A stretch of DNA of 64,000 nucleotides from Candidatus Freyarchaeum deiterrae (GTDB lineage: Archaea > Asgardarchaeota > Jordiarchaeia > Jordiarchaeales > Jordiarchaeaceae). Shown in pieces: positions 21,302 through 30,864 of the stretch; positions within the stretch are counted from its first letter, which is position 1; each line of letters starts with the position of its first letter. The stretch is from positions 1,024,001-1,088,000 of the forward strand of contig CP147778.1 in assembly GCA_037305845.1 (NCBI GenBank). Reading direction: 5' to 3'. Under the pieces are notes generated by a model. It was not told the origin of the DNA and made no database searches. It was given only the letters and a program-made list of their open reading frames with translations. The translations under genes and the position numbers were made by a program.

Positions 21302-21645
21302 GACACCATTCTCCAAGGATTTGTGCCGAATTGCCCTGAATAAGGCGATTCTCACAAATATGCCGCTTATCCGAAAGCTCGAAAGATATAAATTCCTTAT
21401 AAATCTTTCGTTAGATTTATATTTACTTCGACCCTTTTAAACGCTTCCCATGCTTTGCATAAACAAGTTTTGAACAAAATAGGTAATAAACAAATATAAA
21501 AATAATTATGATTTACTTGTTTTTCATAGTCGTTAATTCATGAAAGCAGAAAAATGTGTGCATACTAGTGCGAAACTTAAATATAAAACGTATTCCCTCT
21601 TTAGGGCAGCTTGAGGAATAGATAAAGAACAGGAGGTGTATAGCT

Positions 21646-22338
21646 TTGGATGTTTTCGAAGCTATTTATACGAGACGTTCAATTAGGCAATTTAAAGAAG
21701 GAGAAAGAATACCTGAGTGGAAAATTGAGAAAATATTAGACGCCGCGCGTCATGCACCTTCACCCGAGAATGTGCAGGCGTGGAAGTACATCGTTATTAG
21801 AGATCAAAAATCAAAAGAATTGTTGGCAGACCTAGCTCAAGAAACCTCGTCGGGAACCTTTGGAATGTCGCGTTTTGAAATGCCTGCTGACCGGCTCTGG
21901 TATGTACCCACTCCAGCAAGAGTTGATACAGTTGAGGGCATGTTCGACGGGTCGCTCTTCAGATACCCTGAAACAGCAGACACAGTAATCCTATGCTGCT
22001 ACTCGGACCACTACTATGACCTACCAACAATACCCGGATCAATAAAAGATATTTGCATTGCCGCAATAAGCATGGGTATACAGAATATGTGGCTTGCGGC
22101 CACAGAGCTGGGCATTGGTGCTGCTTGGGATAGTTTCCCTGTCATTGGTGATGAGAGACGGCGTGAGACAGTGATGGACTATTTTGGTATTCCTAAGGGT
22201 TGGTACCCGCTGACTGCATTCTGTTTAGGTGTTCCGATAAGCACAAGAGTTCTTGGCCCTACGAGATACCCGATGGAAGGGGTTGTTTTTAGAGAAGCGT
22301 GGGGTATTCCCTATATTAGGAGTGAGTTAAGAAGGTAA
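21646..22338 (+). CDS. Nitroreductase family flavoprotein
   Basis: IYTRRSIRQF, ARHAPS.ENVQ.W, QNMWLAATELGIG. Confidence 0.92.
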   Translation: MDVFEAIYTRRSIRQFKEGERIPEWKIEKILDAARHAPSPENVQAWKYIVIRDQKSKELLADLAQETSSGTFGMSRFEMPADRLWYVPTPARVDTVEGMFDGSLFRYPETADTVILCCYSDHYYDLPTIPGSIKDICIAAISMGIQNMWLAATELGIGAAWDSFPVIGDERRRETVMDYFGIPKGWYPLTAFCLGVPISTRVLGPTRYPMEGVVFREAWGIPYIRSELRR

Positions 22339-22349
22339 AGGAGGAGATT

Positions 22350-22652
22350 ATGGTGCCTTTGAAGATTGATTTGGATGTAGATACCCAGAAGAAGTTCAAC
22401 GAGATTGCTAAGAAAAGTGAAATCTCGCCGGAATCGCTTGCAAAGTTGGTGCTTACTCTTTGGGCTACTAGGGGCGGTGGCATTGTACTCGGAAGGAAAA
22501 AAGGTGAAAGACAACGGATAGCTATTGATTGGCCTACGGGATTCGACCTTCTCAATAAGTCAGGAGAAAATTTGGAACAGATTCCTAAGACTAAGGGCAT
22601 TTTCTCAGAGTCGGTATTGGATAAAGATTGGATTACTTATGGAGGTAAATGA
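22350..22652 (+). CDS. Hypothetical protein, possible N-terminal ribbon-helix-helix
   Basis: GGAGG RBS; LKIDLD..TQKKF.EIAKK.EISPE.LAK pattern. Confidence 0.6.
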   Translation: MVPLKIDLDVDTQKKFNEIAKKSEISPESLAKLVLTLWATRGGGIVLGRKKGERQRIAIDWPTGFDLLNKSGENLEQIPKTKGIFSESVLDKDWITYGGK

Positions 22653-22903
22653 ATATGAGTGAATGGCTTGGCAAAAGGGAAATTAAGAAAGAAGACCTTT
22701 CTGAATGGCTCAAGGATATGAAATGGTTTGGCACTATAGCCCGTTGGTTTACGGAGATTAACTTTCCGCACATTGTGGTGGTTGTGCCTAATGAGTATAT
22801 TGATGATTTGATGAAAAAAGTTGAGCAGGAGTATGGGACGCTTTCTGCAGGTACTCTTAGGAAGGCAGCTCTGGATGCTTTGATTGAGTGGATTAAAAAG
22901 TAG
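22649..22903 (+). CDS. Hypothetical protein, possible C-terminal ribbon-helix-helix
   Basis: GGAGGT RBS, ATGA overlap with the upstream gene; VPNE...EYG...GTLRKAALDALIEWI. Confidence 0.6.
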   Translation: MNMSEWLGKREIKKEDLSEWLKDMKWFGTIARWFTEINFPHIVVVVPNEYIDDLMKKVEQEYGTLSAGTLRKAALDALIEWIKK

Positions 22904-22918
22904 CTCTGAGGGGTTTGT

Positions 22919-23293
22919 ATGGCTGATGTAAATAATATTGTGAAAGGCTTTAAAAAGTTGGCAGATGCAATCAATGAGAATGATTCGGCGAAGAGTGTTT
23001 TGGCTAAGTGGCTTGATGGGTACGTTGGCAGAATTCACGCATTTGAGATAGATGACAAGAAGTTTCACATTGTTTTTTGGCCGGATGAAGCGAAATTTGT
23101 TGATGGTGAAGCATCTGCTCCTGACCTTGTAATTCGTGCTACTGCTGACGCTTGGACGGATATGGTTACTGGTAAGAAGAAGTGGTCAGACCTTCTCGGA
23201 GAAGGTACTTTGTTTATTATCGGTGCTGCAAATGAAATACAGTCTTTTATCCAGATTGCAATGACTGCGGGGGTTATACCTTCCGGTGCTTAA
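22919..23293 (+). CDS. SCP2 (sterol carrier protein 2)-like lipid-binding domain protein
   Basis: DGEASAPDLVIRATADAWTDMVTGK...GTLFIIG. Confidence 0.8.
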   Translation: MADVNNIVKGFKKLADAINENDSAKSVLAKWLDGYVGRIHAFEIDDKKFHIVFWPDEAKFVDGEASAPDLVIRATADAWTDMVTGKKKWSDLLGEGTLFIIGAANEIQSFIQIAMTAGVIPSGA

Positions 23294-23476
23294 CCTTCAA
23301 ACTAAACTTTTATTTCATTTTTTTATTTTTGTTTTAAAGAGACATAGGCATTAACTTAACCCTGTTAGGACTGCTTAAAGATGTTGTTGTCAATTTTACC
23401 CCAATATTTAAAAGGTTTGCTTGATTAAAATTTTTCATTGCTTGATATTTGATATGGCTTGATTGGGAGATAGTTT

Positions 23477-24487
23477 ATGCCCTCTTTGAAGAAGATATAT
23501 CATGTCGCGCGCCCAGTTCTTTCTCTTATTCCTGTAGGTAGTTTTATGATTGGTAGTATTATGGCTTTGTTTGATCCTTTTACGTGGAGCATCTATAAGA
23601 ATGGTTCTGTTTTTACGTTTTTTGCCTTGTCGATTCTTTCTCTTCCGGTTTTTTTGTTATCTTATTTATCTGTATTTTTTTTGGGGGTCTCTAGTTCATG
23701 CCTGAATTCTTTGGTGGATGCAAGGGACAGTGATTTGAGAGGTTTTAGGAAGGATTATCAGAACCCTATTGTTTATTATGATGTTTCTCCTCGGCAAATG
23801 AAGATTATTACGGTTTTTAGTGCGGCTGTTAGTTTTGGTATTGGTTTGTATGTCTCCCTTGTATTTGCAGCTTTGGTTTTGGTCGGAAATTTGATTTCGG
23901 TCTCTTATTCGTATTATCCTCGGATGAAGAGGCATGCTCCCTTTGACGTCATCTGGAATGCTATTGGTCTTTTTACTTTTCCGTTTATTACTGGTTGGAT
24001 TGTTTATCACAGTTCTTCGCAGGTTTTACTTTATTCGCTTTATGTTAATGAATTTTCATTATATTTGTTTTCAGGAGAAGGGGTTTATTATTTGCTTGCA
24101 TTTATGCTAGTGGTTAGGGCTTATTGGTTTCCTTTTTATGAGCTGTTAGGTGGCTCTCTGATAGGGGGAGCTTTCTATGTAATAACTGCTGTTTTAGATT
24201 ACGATAACGACAAGGAGACAGGTATTAAAACGATAAGTGTCATTTTGGGGAAGCGTTACGCCCTCCTGTCAAGTCTCGCATTATACACTTCCGGAGTTTT
24301 GGTAATGTTTAGCCATCTATTTTTTGATGTAGGAACTTTATTATTGGCTTCTTCAATAGCAATTTTTATAGCATATTTAGTTATAAAACCGGAAAATCTA
24401 CGATTATGGTATCTTTTAAAGTTGTCTTTAATGGCAACCTTAATTCTAATTGCAGTGGAAATAATCCTGAGAGTTTCTATCCATTGA
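23477..24487 (+). CDS. UbiA-family prenyltransferase
   Basis: ARP, NSLVDARDSD, YSYYPRMKR, DYDNDKETGIKT; multiple TMs. Confidence 0.88.
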   Translation: MPSLKKIYHVARPVLSLIPVGSFMIGSIMALFDPFTWSIYKNGSVFTFFALSILSLPVFLLSYLSVFFLGVSSSCLNSLVDARDSDLRGFRKDYQNPIVYYDVSPRQMKIITVFSAAVSFGIGLYVSLVFAALVLVGNLISVSYSYYPRMKRHAPFDVIWNAIGLFTFPFITGWIVYHSSSQVLLYSLYVNEFSLYLFSGEGVYYLLAFMLVVRAYWFPFYELLGGSLIGGAFYVITAVLDYDNDKETGIKTISVILGKRYALLSSLALYTSGVLVMFSHLFFDVGTLLLASSIAIFIAYLVIKPENLRLWYLLKLSLMATLILIAVEIILRVSIH

Positions 24488-24707
24488 ATGTGATGACTCT
24501 TTTCCAAAAAAAAATCAAATCTCAAGAGAACTATTTTTTATTCTTCTCGATTTTAGAATCTAGGCGAGGGACGTTTAAATATTGTGAAAAAGTAATTCTA
24601 GAGGGTCTACATTAAGTAGACATTAATAAAGTGTTTTAAATCTAGACTAATAGAAGGTGTTCGGGGTTCCCTCTCATTAAAAAATTAACAATAATTTTGC
24701 AATCAAG

Positions 24708-27683
24708 TTGAAAATATATCAAAGATGGTGTTTCATGTATATGCTCCTGGATTATTTTCTGGATATATCATCATTTTTGTCTCCGCCAGATTTATTTTGG
24801 GAACTAGCTATACTGATGCTTATTGTATTAGGTTTTGGTTTTTCGCTCTACTTTATTAGTAGAATCTCTATTGGTGTTCTCTCTCGTGGTATTTGTGGTA
24901 AAGGCGTTCGCTATTATTTTACAACTTGTCTTAAGGTTTCAAATATACCAAGGGAAGAGGTGAAAATGCAAAGACAGAACATTCAGGAAGACGATAAGAC
25001 AGTTATTCAGTATATACATCAACACTTGACCTCAATGTGGAGAAATGCTAGGGAAGCGAGTTATGAGATACACGTTCAGGAAGATGGCATCAGTATTTAT
25101 TTTTACACTCACCAAGCCGGATTTAGAGGAGAGGAATGTTTTAAAGAAGCCTGGAAGAAAATCCATTCGCTAAAAATTAGCCTAGAAACACGTTTCCCAA
25201 ACATTTTAACAGAAATTCAAGAATTTGACGAACTGAAAAAAGTCTTTAATATTATTGATACCAACTCAAAAGTTAGGAGTAAAAAGAACTTTTTAATTTT
25301 TCAAAACAGTGAGGGAGAAAATTGGATAAGTATAATTCATATTAGGAGAAGGATAGAAAACACACCGCATGAAAAGTATTCTCAGATTGATAACCTAGTC
25401 GGGGGTTTAACAAGATTAGGAATGGATGCTCATTTTATTGTCCATTTTAGGGCGATTAAACCTCCCAGAGTCAGAAAGACTAAATATACAAATAAGAAAT
25501 TGAAAGCGTCCAATGGAAAAATTCTTGTTAAAATAAATGAAGATAAACTGGAGGAAGAAGAGAGAGAAAGTGGACACATCACAGGTTTTTGGGACGTTTC
25601 GGCATATACTTTGATCAAAACTCAAAGCGAGGGCGAAGCAGAAACTCGGTCCATGCAGGTCAAAAACATTTTAACTACTGTTTACTCTGGAGCGCATTAC
25701 AGTCCAGATATAAAGATTCTTAGCGGAAGAAAGATAAAAAGAAAATTAAAACAAATAGTCTTACGAAAATCGGTTGGAAGAACCGAAAAGATGGCAAGCA
25801 CACGACTCGCAGCCCTAACACATTTTCCTGAAAGACCCGTTCCTGGCATCGAGTCTCACGAATACCCAGACTTTGAGATACCTCCCAACAACATATTTAA
25901 CTATTTCACGGGGATACCGACTGCTTACGTGTTATATAGAGAACGGGAAATTTTTACTTGTACACTGGACCCAGAAGATTTGAGACGTGGACTTGCGGTT
26001 TTAGGTACTGTTGGAAGCGGGAAAACCTTTTTCGTGATGAACCTTGTGGATAAATTACTAAGGAAGAAGCAGTTACCCATGTTAATATTTGAGAGCAAGG
26101 GCGAATACATTGGACTTGTCAAATCTTTATCTCCAGAAATTGTGAAAAATATAGTGATAGTATGCCCCGGGAGTGAATTCGCACCTCTAAAAATTAATCT
26201 TTTCGATCCGGGTGACATGGAGCCAGAGGATTATGCTCGAAGACTTTATGGCCTAATTGATGAGACACTTCACTCCCTTTTTCGGGTAGATGGCGAACTT
26301 TCACTTCAGATGTCAAGAGTTTTGGGTGAGGTACTGCCTCAGGTAATAAAAGAGGAAAGGTACCGAAACTTTGATGCGTTACGTAAATTATTGAGTGATT
26401 ATGCAGAGAAGAATAGGCAAAGTGCATCTTACATTGATAACACTGTACTCGCCTTAGACGCCCGCTTGAACGTTTTTCGTCAAGGGATTCTGAGCCGAGT
26501 TTTTAACGTGGAAAAAACCAACCTTAGCCTAAATGAACTTTTGAGAAAGGTGGTTATAATAGATTTCAGTTATCTACTTTCTCAAGGTGGAACTAAAGAG
26601 GATACACAGATTATTATGAATCTTATCTTGCTCCAAATTTTTCAGGCTGGACTAAGAAGGATGAATGCTGAAGAACTAAAACATCTCGTTATAGTAGATG
26701 ATGCTCGTTTTCTAGTACCCGAGATCTTTAGACGTCGCAGTAGTGGAGATACAACCATAGTTGAGGACATGATTACGATAGAGCGTGGAAAAGGGCAAGG
26801 ATTGGTTTTGATATGTCAGGACCCCGCGATATCAAAAGTGGCGCTTTCAAATTGTAATACGCGTGTTGTTTTTCGAATAGCTTTTAAATCTCCCGAAGAA
26901 GAAAAATATATCAGACTAGGCCTGAATGTTGCAGAGGAGCAGAATAGACATCTTGTTATTCAACCGAGACGTGAAGCGATAATGAAATTAGCCGAGTATC
27001 CTCACCCCTTCAGGGTTAAAACATTAAACTACCAAATTCCTAAAATCACATTTCAAGAGATAGAAGAACATAACAGGAACAATCATACAGGGTTATCTCC
27101 GGAAAAAGAGATTGAAAAAGAAGAAATACAAGAAATTACAGAATTTCAGGATCAAGATGAAAGATATATGAATGAAATTTTGTCTTGGCTGGTAACCCAT
27201 GACTATATCACAGTTAGTAAAGCCAAAAAATTAACCAAACTTAGCGACTTGAAAACGCAGGAATTATTAGATAGAATGTACTCGAAAAAAGAACTTTTAC
27301 GAACTATATTTTTTTCGCCATTAAACGGAAAGCAAATACTCTACCATGCAAACAAGGACATCAGCTTAGCATTTATGAATAACGAGTTGAAAAACTTTGT
27401 GAATAACAATAAACTTAACGCATCCATTCAGACATTAAAAAAAGGAGATAAAAACAAAATAGTACAAGAGCTTTCTTCCCCAGCATTTAAAGGCGGAGTT
27501 ATTATAACTTTTGATGAAAAAACAGCAAATCAAATAAAAAAATTGTACCAAGAAAAGAACAACGGACACAAAATAATTAGTTTTACAGAAAAGGGAATAT
27601 CAGAATTAAAATTGTTTCTTAAAAAAGGACAAAACAAAAACAATACTCACCGCATTATTATCATAGAAAAAATAGTTAATTAA
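24708..27683 (+). CDS. Membrane-anchored HerA/VirB4/FtsK-superfamily ATPase
   Basis: N-terminal TM, GTVGSGKT Walker A, IFESKGEY, VIVDDARF Walker B, ERGKGQGLVLICQ, NCNTRVVFR. Confidence 0.85.
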   Translation: MKIYQRWCFMYMLLDYFLDISSFLSPPDLFWELAILMLIVLGFGFSLYFISRISIGVLSRGICGKGVRYYFTTCLKVSNIPREEVKMQRQNIQEDDKTVIQYIHQHLTSMWRNAREASYEIHVQEDGISIYFYTHQAGFRGEECFKEAWKKIHSLKISLETRFPNILTEIQEFDELKKVFNIIDTNSKVRSKKNFLIFQNSEGENWISIIHIRRRIENTPHEKYSQIDNLVGGLTRLGMDAHFIVHFRAIKPPRVRKTKYTNKKLKASNGKILVKINEDKLEEEERESGHITGFWDVSAYTLIKTQSEGEAETRSMQVKNILTTVYSGAHYSPDIKILSGRKIKRKLKQIVLRKSVGRTEKMASTRLAALTHFPERPVPGIESHEYPDFEIPPNNIFNYFTGIPTAYVLYREREIFTCTLDPEDLRRGLAVLGTVGSGKTFFVMNLVDKLLRKKQLPMLIFESKGEYIGLVKSLSPEIVKNIVIVCPGSEFAPLKINLFDPGDMEPEDYARRLYGLIDETLHSLFRVDGELSLQMSRVLGEVLPQVIKEERYRNFDALRKLLSDYAEKNRQSASYIDNTVLALDARLNVFRQGILSRVFNVEKTNLSLNELLRKVVIIDFSYLLSQGGTKEDTQIIMNLILLQIFQAGLRRMNAEELKHLVIVDDARFLVPEIFRRRSSGDTTIVEDMITIERGKGQGLVLICQDPAISKVALSNCNTRVVFRIAFKSPEEEKYIRLGLNVAEEQNRHLVIQPRREAIMKLAEYPHPFRVKTLNYQIPKITFQEIEEHNRNNHTGLSPEKEIEKEEIQEITEFQDQDERYMNEILSWLVTHDYITVSKAKKLTKLSDLKTQELLDRMYSKKELLRTIFFSPLNGKQILYHANKDISLAFMNNELKNFVNNNKLNASIQTLKKGDKNKIVQELSSPAFKGGVIITFDEKTANQIKKLYQEKNNGHKIISFTEKGISELKLFLKKGQNKNNTHRIIIIEKIVN

Positions 27684-27718
27684 AAATGTTAGTTAGACTA
27701 ACACAACAGATTAAACTT

Positions 27719-28951
27719 TTAATTTTTGTAAGCCTTTTCTAAGGCTCTTATTGCTGGCAGAGATCCGCATCCATCAGTTATGAAACTTATGAATGCTTTA
27801 CCCGCGGTGCTCATGTATGATATTTTTGAAGCGTAACCATACTTTTCTACTGCTGCAATAGTATGCCCACCGCCAACAAGAGAGTATGCCTTCGATTTCG
27901 TAACAGCTTCAAGAAGTTTACGCGTACCAATTGCAAATTGAGGATCTTCATAGACACCAGCAGGGCCATTAAAAACAATGGTTTTCGCGTTTTTCAATAT
28001 ACGAGTGAATTCATCTATTGTCTTGCTCCCGATGTCCTTAATTGGTTTATTTGTAGGCAAATCTTCAACAAGAATCTCTACGCGTTTTCCCCCATCGTCA
28101 ACTGCAACATCTTTTATAATTTCAATTACATCACTGTATTTATTTAGAAGACCTTTAACCTCGGAAATTTTATCCATCAGTCCTTTCGAGGAAAGCATTT
28201 TTTTGTTTACATCACCAATATCAATTCCCTTACCAAGCAAAAACAGGTAAGAAATTATGCCTATAGGTAAGATTATATCTGCAATCTTATTATCCAAAGC
28301 TTCTTTCATTATTTCGTAACTATCCTCAGCTTTCATTCCCCCCAAAACATAGACTGATGGTCTTTCAGGATCCTCTGTAACATTAAGAATAGAATAAACC
28401 TCTTTTTCCATTACTCTTCCTGCAGCAGAGGGCAAGACATAAGTAAAACCGACCATAGAAGTATGATTTCTATGAGCTGTAGAAAAAGCATCATCAACAT
28501 AGATATCAGCTACGCTCGCAAGCTTCTGAACCATGGGAGAATTGATTTGCTCCTCTAATGTTTTCGCACCATCTTCCTCGTCACAAAACCGCACGTTTTC
28601 TAGAAGTAAAATTTCACCATTTTTCATATTCTTTATACTCTTGAGTGCCCTGTCTCCGTAAACATCATTGACGTATTTCACGGGTCTCCCCAAAATCTCG
28701 CTCAACACTTTCCCATGCTCTTCCAATGGTATAAAATCATCGTCTCCTTTCCGCCCTTGGTGTGCTAGAACGACGACCTTTGCACCATCATTTGATAGTT
28801 CTGAAATAGTACTAGCATGTGCCTTGAATCGCATACTATCCGTTATTTTTTTGGTTGCTAAATCGATAGGAGAGTTTATGTCAACTCGGACAAGTACCGT
28901 TTTATCTTTAAAATCGAAATCATCCAATGTATAAAACTTCTTACCAGCCAA
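27719..28951 (-). CDS. pgk: Phosphoglycerate kinase
   Basis: RVDINSP, AHQGR, LLENVRF, DAFSTAHR, NGPAGVYE, GGGHT. Confidence 0.98.
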   Translation of the reverse strand: MAGKKFYTLDDFDFKDKTVLVRVDINSPIDLATKKITDSMRFKAHASTISELSNDGAKVVVLAHQGRKGDDDFIPLEEHGKVLSEILGRPVKYVNDVYGDRALKSIKNMKNGEILLLENVRFCDEEDGAKTLEEQINSPMVQKLASVADIYVDDAFSTAHRNHTSMVGFTYVLPSAAGRVMEKEVYSILNVTEDPERPSVYVLGGMKAEDSYEIMKEALDNKIADIILPIGIISYLFLLGKGIDIGDVNKKMLSSKGLMDKISEVKGLLNKYSDVIEIIKDVAVDDGGKRVEILVEDLPTNKPIKDIGSKTIDEFTRILKNAKTIVFNGPAGVYEDPQFAIGTRKLLEAVTKSKAYSLVGGGHTIAAVEKYGYASKISYMSTAGKAFISFITDGCGSLPAIRALEKAYKN

Positions 28952-29128
28952 TTGAAAACTCCCCTACAAGTAGGAATAAACTACGTCACGTCCATCTATT
29001 ATAAAAATTTTATTCAATTTTCGAGAAAAATAAGTCAATTATAAATATTAGCTGAATTATGAAAACTAAGCATAATCAATATGTTCACAATATTATATAT
29101 ACTAACTTAGCTTGTTTTACAATCTATT

Positions 29129-29659
29129 CTATATTTTTTCTGATAATTTCTTTTTCTTCGGCCTCCAATACTTCCACTTATTATTCCAAGATTTCCACCC
29201 AGTTTTAACATATTTCTCTCTACCTTCAAGATCCCCCATAACCCACCTTATAAGCGCGTAAAATCTATCCCTGCCGCTCTCGACAGTCAAAGTTTCCCTA
29301 GGAATCCCCAATGAGGCATAATAATCCAAAAGAGAGTTCTCAATCAGATCTTGCAATTTTCCTTCGATACGAGTAGGTTTCACTTTATATCCTTCACCCA
29401 TTAGAGTCAAACTGATCTCACTCAGAACTGAACCAGTACAAATCTCGATCTCTTCATCCTTAGTAACATTTAGCTCCTCCAAAGCCTCCCTTGCTAATCT
29501 TAAGGCCTCCTTAAGATAAGTTTTCCTAGCAAAATTAGGAGGACGAAAATGAGAAACATCAATCATTTTCACAACATATTCACCAGTTTCTTCACGTAGA
29601 AACCCCAATAAACAACCACCAACAAGGTCGCCCCATCCAGCATCATCTATTCTAAGCAA
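29129..29659 (-). CDS. RNase H-fold (RNase HII-like) hypothetical protein
   Basis: IDDAGWGDLVGG resembles the RNase HII GIDEAGRG strand; TTG start after GAGGGA. Confidence 0.65.
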   Translation of the reverse strand: MLRIDDAGWGDLVGGCLLGFLREETGEYVVKMIDVSHFRPPNFARKTYLKEALRLAREALEELNVTKDEEIEICTGSVLSEISLTLMGEGYKVKPTRIEGKLQDLIENSLLDYYASLGIPRETLTVESGRDRFYALIRWVMGDLEGREKYVKTGWKSWNNKWKYWRPKKKKLSEKI

Positions 29660-29689
29660 CGGGTATCCCTCAAGATATTATCAAAGGCT

Positions 29690-29771
29690 GAGTACCAATT
29701 CCAGTTCTCCGCTAGAAAGCTTGGGCGGTCTGCCAAGCGGCGTCCCAAGTCTGAGAAACTAAAACTCACTC
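29690..29771 (-). other. Long structured RNA element upstream of the RNase H-fold gene
   Basis: Nested pairings GAGT/ACTC, AGTTTTAGTT/AACTGGAATT (with G-U), CTC/GAG, CTTGGG/CCCAAG. Confidence 0.55.
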
Positions 29772-30074
29772 GTATTATGACCATAAAATCACACCTAACA
29801 CTTAAAGTAAGTCAGATAAAATATAAATCCAACCCATAGAATTACCTTTAAAATAAATTACAAATAATAAAACATTTCTGTAAAAATGGTAGTTGCTCTG
29901 GCTTCCTTTGTCTTCTTAAACTGATTTCACGTAGAGAATAGAACACAAATCTGAAAAGAATAATTTTTTATTGAGTCTTAATTTTTCAGTGAAAAGTATA
30001 AAACAAAAAATACTTTCATAATGGAAAACACGAAAGAAAGGCAAAATAAATAGTTAAAAAACAAAAAATTAAAG

Positions 30075-30563
30075 TTAAGCCATTAGCAATGTACGTACTA
30101 GTTTACTGCGTAGAATGCCCTTTTTACTTAATTGGGACATATCTCTCATGTAATTAATTTTGATGTACTCATCGCCACCAGATAAGTTTGCGTATTTCTT
30201 ATACTCTTGAAAAAATTCGGTAAAATCGTTCGTTCTTGTCAGTTTAGATTCAACCTCGGGGGGAATTCTTATCAGAGCATCGGGATCTGAACATCTTCCA
30301 CTTGTTATTTTGAAAGTTTGCACACCACTTTTACACATGTAAAACAAGTTCCCTCCTGCATTAAACTGAAGTGTGATATCTCCTAAATTTTTATTCGCTT
30401 CGATAACCTCTGGATATTCCAACCTTGCCACAAACCAGTCCAACAATGTATCATCGCCATGATAAGAATTATCAGTCTCTAAATTTGTGGGAATGTTGTT
30501 CTCTGTGTCAGTATTTTCTTCGGCATTTCTGGATTTGCCTTTAAATATTTTTAACCTACTCAC
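30075..30563 (-). CDS. Hypothetical protein, possibly a divergent SCP2-like fold (likely start GTG 30563)
   Basis: GTGAGGT RBS; ITLQFNAGGNLFY...ITSGRCSDPDALIRI. Confidence 0.55.
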   Translation of the reverse strand: MSRLKIFKGKSRNAEENTDTENNIPTNLETDNSYHGDDTLLDWFVARLEYPEVIEANKNLGDITLQFNAGGNLFYMCKSGVQTFKITSGRCSDPDALIRIPPEVESKLTRTNDFTEFFQEYKKYANLSGGDEYIKINYMRDMSQLSKKGILRSKLVRTLLMA

Positions 30564-30864
30564 AAAACTAACCTCACTTGCAGCTATAATTAAAAAGCGC
30601 CTGAAGTAGGTTAAAAATATTTCTAAATTTGATATATAAAATTGAGAAAATAACAAAAATCACATTCATATAATGCGAAAAATGAAATAAATACTAAAAA
30701 AATTGTCTACTAAAATGCCAAGCTTGAATATATGCAGTCAAGGGGATATTTAGCATCCATGAACAAAATTAAAGAAAGGAATAAAAAAAATATTTAAGAC
30801 CAAACAAACCAACTAACCATCATTAAAAAAATAACTAACATCACCAAATAAAAGGGGAGAACCA

